NCBI GenBank assembly: GCA_035294545.1
Contig: DATGKS010000068.1
Location: 1,389 to 65,388 of the forward strand
DNA: 64,000 bases
Direction of reading: 5' to 3'
Origin: Solirubrobacteraceae bacterium
GTDB taxonomy: Bacteria > Actinomycetota > Thermoleophilia > Solirubrobacterales > Solirubrobacteraceae
The notes beneath the pieces are model-generated. The model saw only the letters and a program-made list of their open reading frames with translations, ran no database searches and was not told the origin of the DNA. Positions 25,021 to 36,210 of this stretch are shown piece after piece. The translations under genes were made by a program, and so were the position numbers. Position 1 is the first letter of the stretch; each line of letters opens with the position of its first letter.

Positions 25021-25304
25021 ACGCAACCGCGCTCTCGACGTCGGTCGCCTGGCCGCGCGGCGACGACTGCCGCCGCTGTCGACCCGAGCCGACCGCCCGT
25101 GGCCAGGACCGGGAGCAATCGACACATCACGATCCCGGGCGCCGCAAACCCCCTGCTATGGTGCCCGCCGCGGTCGATCCTCGGCCGCGAGGCAGCTTGC
25201 TTGGGTCCCGCGCCAAACCGCGCGGTTCGGGTCAGCCGTCGCCTCCCGAACCACAGCGGCCCCGGCCAACGCCGGCGTCCCGCCCCAAGGAGTTGATCAG
25301 CTTC

Positions 25305-26528
<1,224 letters not shown>

Positions 26529-28298
26529 GCGACGACGGGCGCTCGCGCCCGCGGAGGATCTCGATCTCTGCCGCGCGCATGCGCCCCGGCGCCGCCGCGG
26601 CAGGATCCTCGCCGGTTCCGGGGTTGCGCGCGTACCGGGGGTAGGCGCCTGAGGAGACCTGCAGGCGGATTCTATGGCCGGCGGCGAAGCGGTGGCCGAG
26701 CGGCCACAGCTCGAAGCTCACCCGGACGCTCCCGTCCGCGTCGGGCACATCGCGCTCGGGGCGCACCGAGGCGAGCGCATCGCAGACGTTGCGCGACACC
26801 CCCGCCGGGTCGACGTCGCACACGCGGGCGAACACGTCGAACGACGGCGCGTCGGAACGCGCCCAGATCTCGACCGACGGACGGCCGATCGCCTCGAGCG
26901 TCGCCTCGAGCGGCTCGGTCGTGAACGTGAGCACGTCGGACCGGGCCTCGAGCGGCCCGTTGTCGACGACCGCCTCGCGGGACATGAGCACCGGCCCGCC
27001 GAACGACGGGGTCGGGTCGGCGGGGTCGTAGCGGTAGCGCTCGGCGCCGTTCGCGTCCTCGGGCGGCTGCGGGGAGAGCGTCCCGCCCTCGCGCAGGAAC
27101 AGGCGTCTCGGCTGCGCGCGGGGCGGGGGCCACGCCGGAAACTCGCGCTGCACGGCGCCCTCGCCGGTGAGCCGCAGCCGGACGGGGAGCGTCTCCGGCT
27201 CGGCGCGCAGCAGCCGGTCGTCGCCCAGCAGGTGGGCGCGCAGGAACGCGATTCCGTCGCGATGGCCGACCGCCGCCAGCTCCGGCGAGGTGTGCGTCCA
27301 GGGGCCGATCGTCAATCGCGGCGTCCGGCCGGCGTCCTGGAGCGCGCGGACGTCCTCGAGCATCCACGGCAGCAGGATGTCGTGCCAGCCCCCGACGAAC
27401 GACACCGGGACCCGGACGCGCCCGACGGCGGCGGAGAAGTCCCGCCGCATCCAGTACTCGCCGTCGCGGCCGGGCTGCTCGAAGCTCTCGCGCAGCCAGG
27501 CGACCGGCGCCCCGGTGGCGATTTCGTCGAGCCCGATGAGCGGGTGCTCGCGCAGCAGCTCCCCGAGCGAGCGGAGCGCGCGGTTCACCTGCAGCGGCGC
27601 CAGCCGCTTCTCCTGCGCGGCGACGATCGCCATCCACGAGGCGATCGTCTCCAGCGAGATCGAGCCGCCCGCGTACGTCTGGCTGTGGAACTCCGAGGCG
27701 CTCACCTGGATCGCCATCGCCGCCAGGTCCTCGGGCTCGTCGGCGGCGAGCGCCCATTGCACGAGGCCGAGGTAGCTCGGGCCGAACGTCCCGACCTTGC
27801 CGGCGTGCCACGGCTGCGCGCGCAGCCAGCGGAGCGTCGCCGCGCCATCCGCGCGCTCGTCGAACGGCGCGAACGTCCCGCCGGAGCCGAACGTGCCGCG
27901 CACGCTCTGCACGACGACCTGGAGGCCGCGCTCGGCGAGGAGACGTCCGAACAGCACCCCGACGAACTGCCGCCGGCCGTAGGGGGAGCGCACGAGCACG
28001 GTCGGCTGCGGACGTCCGGCGGTGGCGGCGGCCACCCAGCGGTCGGCGAGGAGCACCACCCCGTCATCCATCTCCACCGGCAGGTCGCGCTCGTGCACGA
28101 GCTCGGTGGTGAGCGGGCGGATGAGACGCATCCGACGCCCGAGCAGCTCGCTGAGCAGCGTCATGGGCGGCGAGCGTAGCGGGATCGCCCTCCGGGGAGG
28201 ACGACCCGCTCGACCTCGCGGGCCGACCAACCGTGGCGAATGCTCGTCGTCGCTGATCAGGTTTGCCGCTGTCAGGAACCGGACAGCCTGAGAGCGCG

Positions 28299-28868
28299 AT
28301 GGTCCCCGAGGCGCAGCTTGAGCGCGGTTCCTACGGGCGTCGACCGGCCGGCCCGGGCTGGTTCGTGCTGAACGCGCGCGAGGCGGAGTGGCTCGACGGG
28401 CCGTTCGGCGCCTACACGCCGTTCGAGAACACCGAGCGGCGCTTCGCCGAGCTCGGATTCAACATCGCCGTGCTCCGCCCGGGCGAGCCGAACGGCTACT
28501 ACCACGCCGAGAACGTCCAGGAGGACTTCCTCGTGCTCGATGGCGAGTGCCTGCTGCTCGTGGAGGAGCAGGAGCGGCGGCTGCGGCGCTGGGACTTCGT
28601 GCACTGCCCGCCGCACACCCGCCACACGTTCATCGGGGCGGGTGTGCGGCCGTGCGTGCTGCTCGGCGCCGGCAACCGCGATCGCGAGGACCACACGGTG
28701 CGCTACCCGGTGTCCGCGCTCGCCCGCCGCCACGATGCCGGCGTGGCGAGCGAGACGGACGATCCGACGGTCGCCTATGCCGCCGCGGACCCGGACGTGC
28801 CGGTCGCGTTCGAGCGCTCGTGGCTCCCGGGCCACGAGGACGAGGTGGCCCGGCCCGCGGGCCGCTGA
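28299..28868 (+). CDS. Cupin-domain protein
   Basis: 189 aa from ATG 28299. Cupin motifs YHAENVQEDFLVLDGEC and FVHCPPHTRHTF. Confidence 0.7.
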   Translation: MVPEAQLERGSYGRRPAGPGWFVLNAREAEWLDGPFGAYTPFENTERRFAELGFNIAVLRPGEPNGYYHAENVQEDFLVLDGECLLLVEEQERRLRRWDFVHCPPHTRHTFIGAGVRPCVLLGAGNRDREDHTVRYPVSALARRHDAGVASETDDPTVAYAAADPDVPVAFERSWLPGHEDEVARPAGR

Positions 28869-28922
28869 TCCCTCGCCGCGGCCGCCCGCCGCACGGCGGC
28901 GGAGCCCGCTCGCCGCTGCCGG

Positions 28923-30383
28923 TTACTCCGACTGCAGCCGCCAGCCGTGCTCGCCCGGGAGCGCAAGCGCGTCCTCGGGGCCCCACGAGCCCTGAGCGTA
29001 GGGCGCGGCGCGCGGGCCGTGGTCGAGCACCGGCTCAACGACCTCCCACAGCCGCTCGATCTGCTCCGAGCGGGTGAACAGCAGCCGCTCGCCGAGCATC
29101 ACGTCGTGCAGCAGCCGCTCGTAGGCCTCGAGCCCGTCGTGGCCGTCGAACGCCTCCTCGACGTCGAGCTTGAGCGCCGCATTGCCGAGCGACAGCGTCG
29201 GCCCGGGGATCTTCGCCTGAACCTCGACCCGCACCTGCGGATCGTCGGAGAGCTCGAACACGAGCTCCGACGGGCGCGCGCTGGCGCGGGCGTTCCCATC
29301 ATCGGGGAAGATCCGCAGCGGCGCCTCAGTGAAGCCGATCGTCACGGTCCGCCGCCCCTCGGCGAGCGCCTTGCCGGTCCGCAGGTAGAACGGCACGCCC
29401 GACCAGCGCCAGGTGTCGACCCACACCTCGAGCGCGGCGAACGTCTCGACCATGGAGTCGTCGGCCACGCCGTCGCTGTCGCGGTAGCCCTCGTACTGGC
29501 CGAACACGACGCGCTTCGGGTCAAGAGGGCGGATCGCCTGAAAGACCTTCGTGCGCTCGGTGTGGAGCGCGTCGGCATCGATCCGCGACGGCGGCTCGAG
29601 CGCGACGATCCCGAGGATCTGCATGAGGTGGGTGACGACCATGTCGCGGAACGCGCCGGTCTGCTCGTAGAAGCTCGCGCGGCCCTGGATGTCGAGCTTC
29701 TCCGGGACGTCGATCTGCACGTAGGAGACGTGGTCGCGGTTCCACACCGGTTCGAAGATCCCGTTCGCGAAGCGCAGGGCGAGGATGTTCTGGGCCGCCT
29801 CCTTGCCGAGGAAGTGGTCGATCCGGTAGATCGACTCCTCCTCGACTACCTCGTGCAGCGCCCGATTGAGCGCCCGGGCGCTCTCCACGTCGTGGCCGAA
29901 CGGCTTCTCGACGACGAGCGCGGCGGTCTCGGCGATGCCGGTGTCGCCGAGCATCCGCACCATCGCCTCCATCGCCCGCGGCGGCACCGACAGGTAGACG
30001 AGCCGCTCGCCGCTCGCGTCGATCTCGCGCTCGGCCGCCTGCACCGCGGCGGCCAGCTCCCGGCCGTCCTCCGCCGAGGACGCGACGAAGCTCAGCCGTG
30101 CCGCGAACTCCTCCCAGCTGTCGTCGAGCTCCATCCGCCCGAACTCCCCGAGCGCCTCGTGGACGAGCCCGCGGAAGTCGTCGTCGGAGCCCGGCGAGTG
30201 GCGACCCGAGCCGATGATCCGGAACCGCTCGGGCATGAGCCCGGCCTTGTAGAGGTGGTAGAAGCCGGGGAACAGCTTGCGCTTGGCGAGGTCGCCGGTG
30301 GCCCCGAAGAGCACGAGCACCCGGTCTGACGGGCGCCGAGCGCCGTCGGCCCGCGGCGCCGCCCCACCGTCGCCGGGGCTCAC
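28923..30383 (-). CDS. zwf: Glucose-6-phosphate dehydrogenase
   Basis: 486 aa from GTG 30383 (GTGA overlap). Contains GATGDLAKRKL and RIDHFLGKE. Confidence 0.9.
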   Translation of the reverse strand: MSPGDGGAAPRADGARRPSDRVLVLFGATGDLAKRKLFPGFYHLYKAGLMPERFRIIGSGRHSPGSDDDFRGLVHEALGEFGRMELDDSWEEFAARLSFVASSAEDGRELAAAVQAAEREIDASGERLVYLSVPPRAMEAMVRMLGDTGIAETAALVVEKPFGHDVESARALNRALHEVVEEESIYRIDHFLGKEAAQNILALRFANGIFEPVWNRDHVSYVQIDVPEKLDIQGRASFYEQTGAFRDMVVTHLMQILGIVALEPPSRIDADALHTERTKVFQAIRPLDPKRVVFGQYEGYRDSDGVADDSMVETFAALEVWVDTWRWSGVPFYLRTGKALAEGRRTVTIGFTEAPLRIFPDDGNARASARPSELVFELSDDPQVRVEVQAKIPGPTLSLGNAALKLDVEEAFDGHDGLEAYERLLHDVMLGERLLFTRSEQIERLWEVVEPVLDHGPRAAPYAQGSWGPEDALALPGEHGWRLQSE

Positions 30384-31348
30384 GAGTGGCCCGCGATCGC
30401 GTGCGGGATGTACGGCTCCTCGAGCGCGGCGATCTCCGCCTCGGAGAGCTCGAGCCGCTCGGCCGCGATCGCGTCCTCGACATGGCCGGGCTTCGTCGCA
30501 CCGACGATCGGCGCCGTCACCCCATCCTTGGCGAGCAGCCACGCGAGCGCCACCTGCGCGGGCGGCGTGCCGCGCGCGTCCGCCACCTCGCGCAGCCGAT
30601 CGACGACATCGAAGTCCTGCTCGGTGTAGAGGGTGTCGGCGAACGAGTCGGTGCGGGCGCGGGTGGTCGAGCGCTCGCCGCCACGCGACCGGGTCCCGGC
30701 GAGCATCCCGCGAGCGAGCGGGCTCCAGGGGAGCACGCCGACGCCCTGGTCGATGCACTGCGGGATCATCTCCCGCTCCTCCTCGCGGTAGATGAGGTTG
30801 TAGTGGTTCTGCATCGACACGAACCGCGTCGGCCCGGCGGCCTGGAGCTTGGCGAACTGCCAGGCGTACATCGAGCTTGCGCCGATGTAGCGGGCCTTGC
30901 CCGCCTTGACGACGTCGTGCAGCGCCTCCATCGTCTCCTCGACGGGCGTCGTCGGATCGAAGCGGTGGATCTGGTAGAGGTCGACGTAGTCCATCCCCAG
31001 GCGCCGCAGCGAGGCGTCGATCGACGCCATGACGTGCTTGCGTGAGAGCCCCCGGCCGTTCTCGCCGGGCATCGTGGGACCGTGCACCTTCGTCGCGACG
31101 ACGTACTCCTCGCGCATCCCGAACAGCTTCGGCAGCACGCGCCCGGTGACGACCTCGCTCTGCCCGCCGTTGTAGACGTCGGCGGTGTCGAAGAACGTGA
31201 TCCCGCCCTCGACGGCGGCACGGATGAGCGGCTCGGCCTCCTCCTCGCCGAGCGCCCACTCACGGCTCTCGTGCCGGCCGTAGCTCATCATCCCCAGGCA
31301 CACGCGCGAGACGCGCAGGCCGGTCGCTCCGAGGTTCACGTGCTGCAT
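30380..31348 (-). CDS. Aldo/keto reductase
   Basis: 322 aa. Contains GITFFDTADVYNGGQSE and KARYIGASSMYAWQ. Confidence 0.9.
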   Translation of the reverse strand: MQHVNLGATGLRVSRVCLGMMSYGRHESREWALGEEEAEPLIRAAVEGGITFFDTADVYNGGQSEVVTGRVLPKLFGMREEYVVATKVHGPTMPGENGRGLSRKHVMASIDASLRRLGMDYVDLYQIHRFDPTTPVEETMEALHDVVKAGKARYIGASSMYAWQFAKLQAAGPTRFVSMQNHYNLIYREEEREMIPQCIDQGVGVLPWSPLARGMLAGTRSRGGERSTTRARTDSFADTLYTEQDFDVVDRLREVADARGTPPAQVALAWLLAKDGVTAPIVGATKPGHVEDAIAAERLELSEAEIAALEEPYIPHAIAGHS

Positions 31349-31390
31349 GGGGCTCCGATCGGGTCGCGGGTGGGCGTCGTGCCCCCGACA

Positions 31391-32092
31391 CTAGCCCGCC
31401 GCGCGGAGCACGTCCGCGCGGTTGAAGTGGGTGAACACCCGTCCGTCGCCCTCCGGCGCCGGCGTGCCGAGCGTGGCGAACGCGCGCTCGAGCGCGTCCC
31501 GGCGCTCGTCGAGCGCGGGCCGCCGCGCGGGATCGACGGCGAGCATGTGCGCGCGGAACGCCTCGGCGCTCTCCAGGCACGTCTCGGTGATGTAGCGCTC
31601 GGTCCGCTCCCGGCGCAGGCCGCGCTCCGTACCGCGCTCGATGGCGGCGAGCGCCGCAGCGCGGGCCTCGCTCTCGACCTCGACGATGGACTGCAGCTCG
31701 AACCAGTCTCCCTCGGGCAGCGGCTCGGACACGTACACCGCCCCGCCCGGGCGCAGCACCCGGCGGGCCTCGGCGAGCGCGGCGTCCATGTGCTCGATCG
31801 CCACGTGGTGCAGCGAGCGCATGAACACGACGAGGTCCCGGCTGGCGTCGGGAAGCGGCAGCGCCTCGGCCCGCCCGACCGCGTACTCGATGCCCGGCTG
31901 GTCCTCGCCGGCCGCGCGGGCGGCGGCGAGCAGGTCTCCCGTGATCTCGAGCGCGATGACGCGCGCGCCGTCGGCCGCGAGAGCGCGCGCGAGCCAGCCG
32001 CTGCCGCAGCCGACGTCGACGGCGGTGACGCCGGCGACCGGATGGAGGCGCTTGAGCACCGCGATGTCGGTCGTCGGCTCCACGCGCTGCAC
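31391..32092 (-). CDS. Class I SAM-dependent methyltransferase
   Basis: 233 aa from GTG 32092. Motif I is AVDVGCGSGWLARALA. Confidence 0.75.
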   Translation of the reverse strand: MQRVEPTTDIAVLKRLHPVAGVTAVDVGCGSGWLARALAADGARVIALEITGDLLAAARAAGEDQPGIEYAVGRAEALPLPDASRDLVVFMRSLHHVAIEHMDAALAEARRVLRPGGAVYVSEPLPEGDWFELQSIVEVESEARAAALAAIERGTERGLRRERTERYITETCLESAEAFRAHMLAVDPARRPALDERRDALERAFATLGTPAPEGDGRVFTHFNRADVLRAAG

Positions 32093-32113
32093 TGTATTGG
32101 CAGGCTGTGCGCG

Positions 32114-32995
32114 ATGACCGCCGCCCGCATCGCCATCTCCCTGCCGTACACGGCGCCGCTCGACGCGGCCGCGCTGCTCGATTACTTCGCCCGCCGCGCG
32201 GTCCCGGGCATCGAGCGGGTGGCCGACGGCGTCTACGAGCGGAGCCTCGCCCTCCCCCACGGCCCCGGTGTCGTCGCGCTCGACCTCGGAGCGGCCGCCG
32301 CCGGCGACGGTCCCCTCCACGCCGAGCTGACGCTCTCCGACGCGCGCGACCGAGCCGCCGTGGAGGCGCTCCTGCGCGCGCTGCTCGATCTCGATCACGA
32401 TCCCGGTCAGGCGCGTGAGCTGCTCGGGGGCGATCCGCTGCTCGCGGGCGCGCTCGCCGCCGCCCCCGGGCGCCGGGTGCCGGGCGCGGCCGACGCGACC
32501 GAGCTCTGCGTGCGCACGGTGCTCGGCCAGCAGATCTCGCTGGCGGCCGCCGCGACCGCAGCCGGTCGTCTCGTCGCCCGCTACGGCGCCGGGCTCGGGC
32601 CGCTCGCCCGCGGCGCGGTGACGCATCTCTTCCCCACCGCCGCGGCGCTCGCGGCGGCCGACCCGGAGACGCTCGCGATGCCGCGCGCGCGGGCGCGCTG
32701 CCTCGTCGGCCTCGCGGCGGCGCTCGCGTCGGGGGAGCTCCCGCTGCGACGCGGCGGCGACGGGGACGCGGCGCGGGCTCGGCTGCTTGCGCTCCCCGGC
32801 ATCGGACCGTGGAGCGCCGACTACATCGTGATGCGCGTGCTCGGCGACCACGACGTGTTCCTCGCAGGCGACCTCGGCGTGCGCCGCGCGCTTGAGCGCG
32901 CCGGCCTGCCTGCCGATCCGCGCTCCGCGGCGGCGCTTGCCGAGCGCTGGCGACCGCTGCGCTCCTACGCGATGCAGTACCTGTGGGCGCTCTGA
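32114..32995 (+). CDS. alkA: DNA-3-methyladenine glycosylase II (AlkA-like, HhH-GPD)
   Basis: 293 aa from ATG 32114. An AlkA N-terminal domain is followed by LPGIGPWSADYIVMRVLGDHDVFLAGDLGV (HhH-GPD). Confidence 0.8.
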   Translation: MTAARIAISLPYTAPLDAAALLDYFARRAVPGIERVADGVYERSLALPHGPGVVALDLGAAAAGDGPLHAELTLSDARDRAAVEALLRALLDLDHDPGQARELLGGDPLLAGALAAAPGRRVPGAADATELCVRTVLGQQISLAAAATAAGRLVARYGAGLGPLARGAVTHLFPTAAALAAADPETLAMPRARARCLVGLAAALASGELPLRRGGDGDAARARLLALPGIGPWSADYIVMRVLGDHDVFLAGDLGVRRALERAGLPADPRSAAALAERWRPLRSYAMQYLWAL

Positions 32996-33013
32996 ACGCC
33001 ATCTCTCCAACCG

Positions 33014-33174
33014 GTGTCGCGTTTGGCTGGTTCGTTGGCACGAAGAGGTGCCATTGGTGGATGCCTGGCCGAGCACAGGATCCGTGGTGTGGCAGCGCCA
33101 CACGAGGATCCGAGGACGCCGCCGGGCGCCGCCACGGGTGTCTCGACGGCAACCGAACCGGCCAAACGCGACAC
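33014..33174. other. ~160-nt concentric imperfect palindrome (long rod-like hairpin); candidate structured sRNA or MITE-like element
   Basis: The outer 24-bp stem pairs 33014-33037 with 33150-33174 (one G-U pair, one bulge). The apical hairpin at 33078-33111 is GGATCC...GTGTGGC-AGC-GCCACAC...GGATCC. Both are centred on ~33095, and the arms between them pair partially. It lies in the alkA/ligase convergent intergenic region. Confidence 0.3.
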
Positions 33175-33238
33175 ACGAGACTCATCAGTCTGGTGCGCCG
33201 ACCGCGGCGCGCATCGCCGTGCCGCGCGCCTCGCCGGG

Positions 33239-34873
33239 TTACCGGCGCGCGCGGGGGCGCAGGCGGGCGCGGAGCGCCTTGCGGTCGATCTTGCCGACGG
33301 GCGTGAGCGGGACCGCGTCGACGATGTGGATCTCCCGCGGGTACTTGTAGCCGCCGATCCGCTCCTTGGCCCAGGCGATGAGCTCCCGCGGGGCGAGCGT
33401 CGATCCCGGCGTGAGCGCGACGAACGCGACGACCTCCTCCCCGTGGCGGAGGCTCGGCGCGCCGACGACGCCGGCCATCGCGACCTCGGGGTGCTCGGTG
33501 AGCGCGTCCTCGACGTCGCGCGGATAGACGTTGAAGCCTCCGCGGATGATGAGGTCCTTCTTGCGGTCGACGACGAACAGGTAGCCGCGCGCGTCCTGGT
33601 AGCCGAGGTCGCCGGTGTGCAGCCACCCGTCGCGGATCGCGGCCGCGGTCGCCTCCGGGGCCCGCCAGTAGCCGCGCATGACGCCCGGGGAGCGCACGCA
33701 GATCTCGCCGATCTCGCCCGGAGGCAGCGGCCGCCCCTGCTCATCGCGGATCTCGAGCTCGGTCCCCGGCACCGGCACCCCCACCGAGCCGATCCGCTCG
33801 CGCCCAACGGGGCTCGAGGAGATGAGCGCCGCGGTCTCGGTCATCCCGTAGCCCTGGCGGATCTTCGTCCCGGGCAGCCGCGCGACCAATGCACGCTCGG
33901 TCTCCTCCGGGAGCGGCGCTCCGCCCGAGGTGAGGTAGCGCAGGGACGAGAGGTCGTAGTCCTCCAGCGGGCAGCCGAGCAGCAGCTGGATCATCGTCGG
34001 CACGACCGAGCTCTGCTGCAGCTCGTGGTCCTGGACGGTCTCGAGGAACTCGATCGGCTCGAACCAACGGAGCAGCACGGTGAACATCGGCTCCTCGGCG
34101 TGGAGGCCGGCGACCGTCACGAGCAGTCCGTAGGCGTGGGAGAGCGGCAGCGTGGCGAGCACGCGGGTGACCCCCGGCTGGTGGGCGGAGCGGTAGGCGG
34201 CGTGGCCCGTGTAGTGCAGGCTCGCGTGCGAGAGCATGACGCCCTTCGCGCGTCCGGTCGTGCCGCCCGTGTAGAGCAGCGCGGCGAGATCGTCGTCGTC
34301 GCGGTCGACGATCGGAGCGGGGTCGGCCTGCTCGAGCTCCGAGAGCGTCGCCCCGGCGGCCGCCGCCGCGCCGCCCGCCGCCGCCCGGAGCGCCTCGCCC
34401 TCCGTCGCCGCGCCGAAAGGCGCCGCCTCGGTGCAGAGCACGTGGCGGAGCTCGGGTAGGCCGGCGCCGGCGGCCCGAACCTTGTGCAGGAACTCGGGCG
34501 TCGTCACGACCGCGCGCGCCCCCGAGTCGGCGAGCACGTGGCGGAGCTCCGCCTCGCCGAGCAGGAACGTCACCGGCGTCACGACGAGCCCGGCCCGCCA
34601 GGCGGCCTGGTAGACGATCGACACCTCAGGACAGTTGGCCATGCAGACGACGACCCGCTCGCCCGGGGCGAGGCCGAGCCCCGCGAACCCGCCCGCGAGC
34701 CGCGCCGCACGCTCGGCGAGCGCGGCCGCCGAGTGAACTCGCCCCTCGAACAGGAGCGCGGGATGGTCGCCCCGTCGCTCGAGGTCCTCCTCGGCGACGC
34801 GAGCGAGATGCCGCGGTCCCCGGAGCGAGCCGTCGGCAGGCGACGTGGGGACCGGTTTCCGGGAAGCGGTCAT
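33239..34873 (-). CDS. AMP-dependent long-chain acyl-CoA synthetase
   Basis: 544 aa. AMP-binding motifs LLYTGGTTGRAKGV, GYGMTE and WLHTGDLG. Confidence 0.9.
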   Translation of the reverse strand: MTASRKPVPTSPADGSLRGPRHLARVAEEDLERRGDHPALLFEGRVHSAAALAERAARLAGGFAGLGLAPGERVVVCMANCPEVSIVYQAAWRAGLVVTPVTFLLGEAELRHVLADSGARAVVTTPEFLHKVRAAGAGLPELRHVLCTEAAPFGAATEGEALRAAAGGAAAAAGATLSELEQADPAPIVDRDDDDLAALLYTGGTTGRAKGVMLSHASLHYTGHAAYRSAHQPGVTRVLATLPLSHAYGLLVTVAGLHAEEPMFTVLLRWFEPIEFLETVQDHELQQSSVVPTMIQLLLGCPLEDYDLSSLRYLTSGGAPLPEETERALVARLPGTKIRQGYGMTETAALISSSPVGRERIGSVGVPVPGTELEIRDEQGRPLPPGEIGEICVRSPGVMRGYWRAPEATAAAIRDGWLHTGDLGYQDARGYLFVVDRKKDLIIRGGFNVYPRDVEDALTEHPEVAMAGVVGAPSLRHGEEVVAFVALTPGSTLAPRELIAWAKERIGGYKYPREIHIVDAVPLTPVGKIDRKALRARLRPRARR

Positions 34874-34995
34874 CCGCGGCGAGGTTATTACGGCTCGTCG
34901 GCCGGTTTCGAGGGTCAGGAACCGGCTCGGGCTGCCGATAACCGGGGCCGTATGGGACCGTCCGCCCCGTCACTCCCCACCCGGAGCCGACATCG

Positions 34996-36117
34996 ATGAG
35001 GCTCGTCCGCGTCGACCGCATCGCCGACGGGATGGAGCTCGCGCGCGACGTGCCGGCCGAGTCGCTCGGCTCCGCGCCGCTGCTGCGCCAGGGCGTGCGG
35101 CTGTCGGGCGCGGTCGCCGCCTCGCTCGAGCGGCGCGGGGTGCGCGCGGTGTGGATCGAGGACGACCTCGGCGAGGGCATCGTCCCGATGCAGCCGCTGT
35201 CCGACGACGTGCGCCGCTCGGCCGAGCGCGCGGTCGTCACCTGTCTGGACCGGGCGCGGGAGACCGGCGGCGCGGCGCCGATCGCCGACGACGTGCTTCA
35301 GCATCTCGAGACAGCGGCGCGCGGCGTCATGGACGCGATGGAGGACTGCCCGGAGGCGGCGCTCGCACTCGACGACCTCGCGAGCGCCGACACCTACACC
35401 TACAGCCACTCGATCCGCGTCACGACGCTCGGCATGGTGCTCGGGCACCGGATCACGCGGCTCGACGGCTGGGTCGACTGGCGCGGGCGGCGCCGCTACG
35501 ACAACGTGCCGGCGCGGATGGCGGAGATGGCGATGGGCCTGCTCATCCACGACATCGGCAAGATCGCGGTGCCCGAGACGATCCTCAACAAGCCGGGCCC
35601 GCTCACCGCCGAGGAGTGGGAGCTGATCCGCATGCATCCCAGCGCGGGCGCCTCCCTGCTTCCCCCCGACCGAGTCTCGCCGCGCAGCATCGCGATCGTC
35701 CGTGATCACCACGAGCGCTGGGACGGCGACGGCTATGAGAGCGGCCGCGCCGCCGAGGAGATCCACCCGTTCGCGCGCATCGCCTCGGTCGCGGACGTCT
35801 ACGACGCGATCACCGCCGACCGGCCCTACAAGGCCGCCAACCCGCCGCACGTCGGCGTCCGCGTGATCCGGGAGGGCGCCGGCACGCAGTTCGACCCGAT
35901 CGTCGTCGGGCACTTCCTCCATGTCGCCATGCCCTACCCCGTCGGCTGGGAGGTCGCCCTCCCCGACGGGAGCGCGGGCGTCGTCGCCGACGTCGACCCG
36001 ACACAACCCGAAACCCCCCTCGTTCGCCACCTCGACCCAGCGGGCCGGATCTGCGAAACGGAGCTGCACATCGTGGACGGAGTCGTGCGGGACGAACGCG
36101 AGGGTTTGTACAACTGA
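34996..36117 (+). CDS. HD-GYP domain phosphodiesterase with a DUF3391-like N-terminal domain
   Basis: 373 aa. Contains HSIRVT, LLIHDIGKIAVP and HHERWDGDGY. Confidence 0.85.
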   Translation: MRLVRVDRIADGMELARDVPAESLGSAPLLRQGVRLSGAVAASLERRGVRAVWIEDDLGEGIVPMQPLSDDVRRSAERAVVTCLDRARETGGAAPIADDVLQHLETAARGVMDAMEDCPEAALALDDLASADTYTYSHSIRVTTLGMVLGHRITRLDGWVDWRGRRRYDNVPARMAEMAMGLLIHDIGKIAVPETILNKPGPLTAEEWELIRMHPSAGASLLPPDRVSPRSIAIVRDHHERWDGDGYESGRAAEEIHPFARIASVADVYDAITADRPYKAANPPHVGVRVIREGAGTQFDPIVVGHFLHVAMPYPVGWEVALPDGSAGVVADVDPTQPETPLVRHLDPAGRICETELHIVDGVVRDEREGLYN

Positions 36118-36210
36118 CGGTAGGGACACCGTGGACATCCGGCCAATTCGCTCCGCCGATCCGATGGACATCATGCCCCGCAGTACGACCCCCGCAAGGA
36201 GGGAGAACCG

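Noticed and set aside
28923-31259. The 778-aa ORF as a single protein
   Set aside because: It is zwf (from GTG 30383) plus an alternative-frame read through the aldo/keto reductase gene.
31260-33626. A 788-aa minus-strand ORF, and the 570-aa ORF at 31391-33103
   Set aside because: Only the last 233 codons of the 570-aa frame (the methyltransferase) make sense. The remainder runs antisense through alkA and through the structured intergenic element. The 788-aa frame is pure Arg/Ala/Pro shadow.
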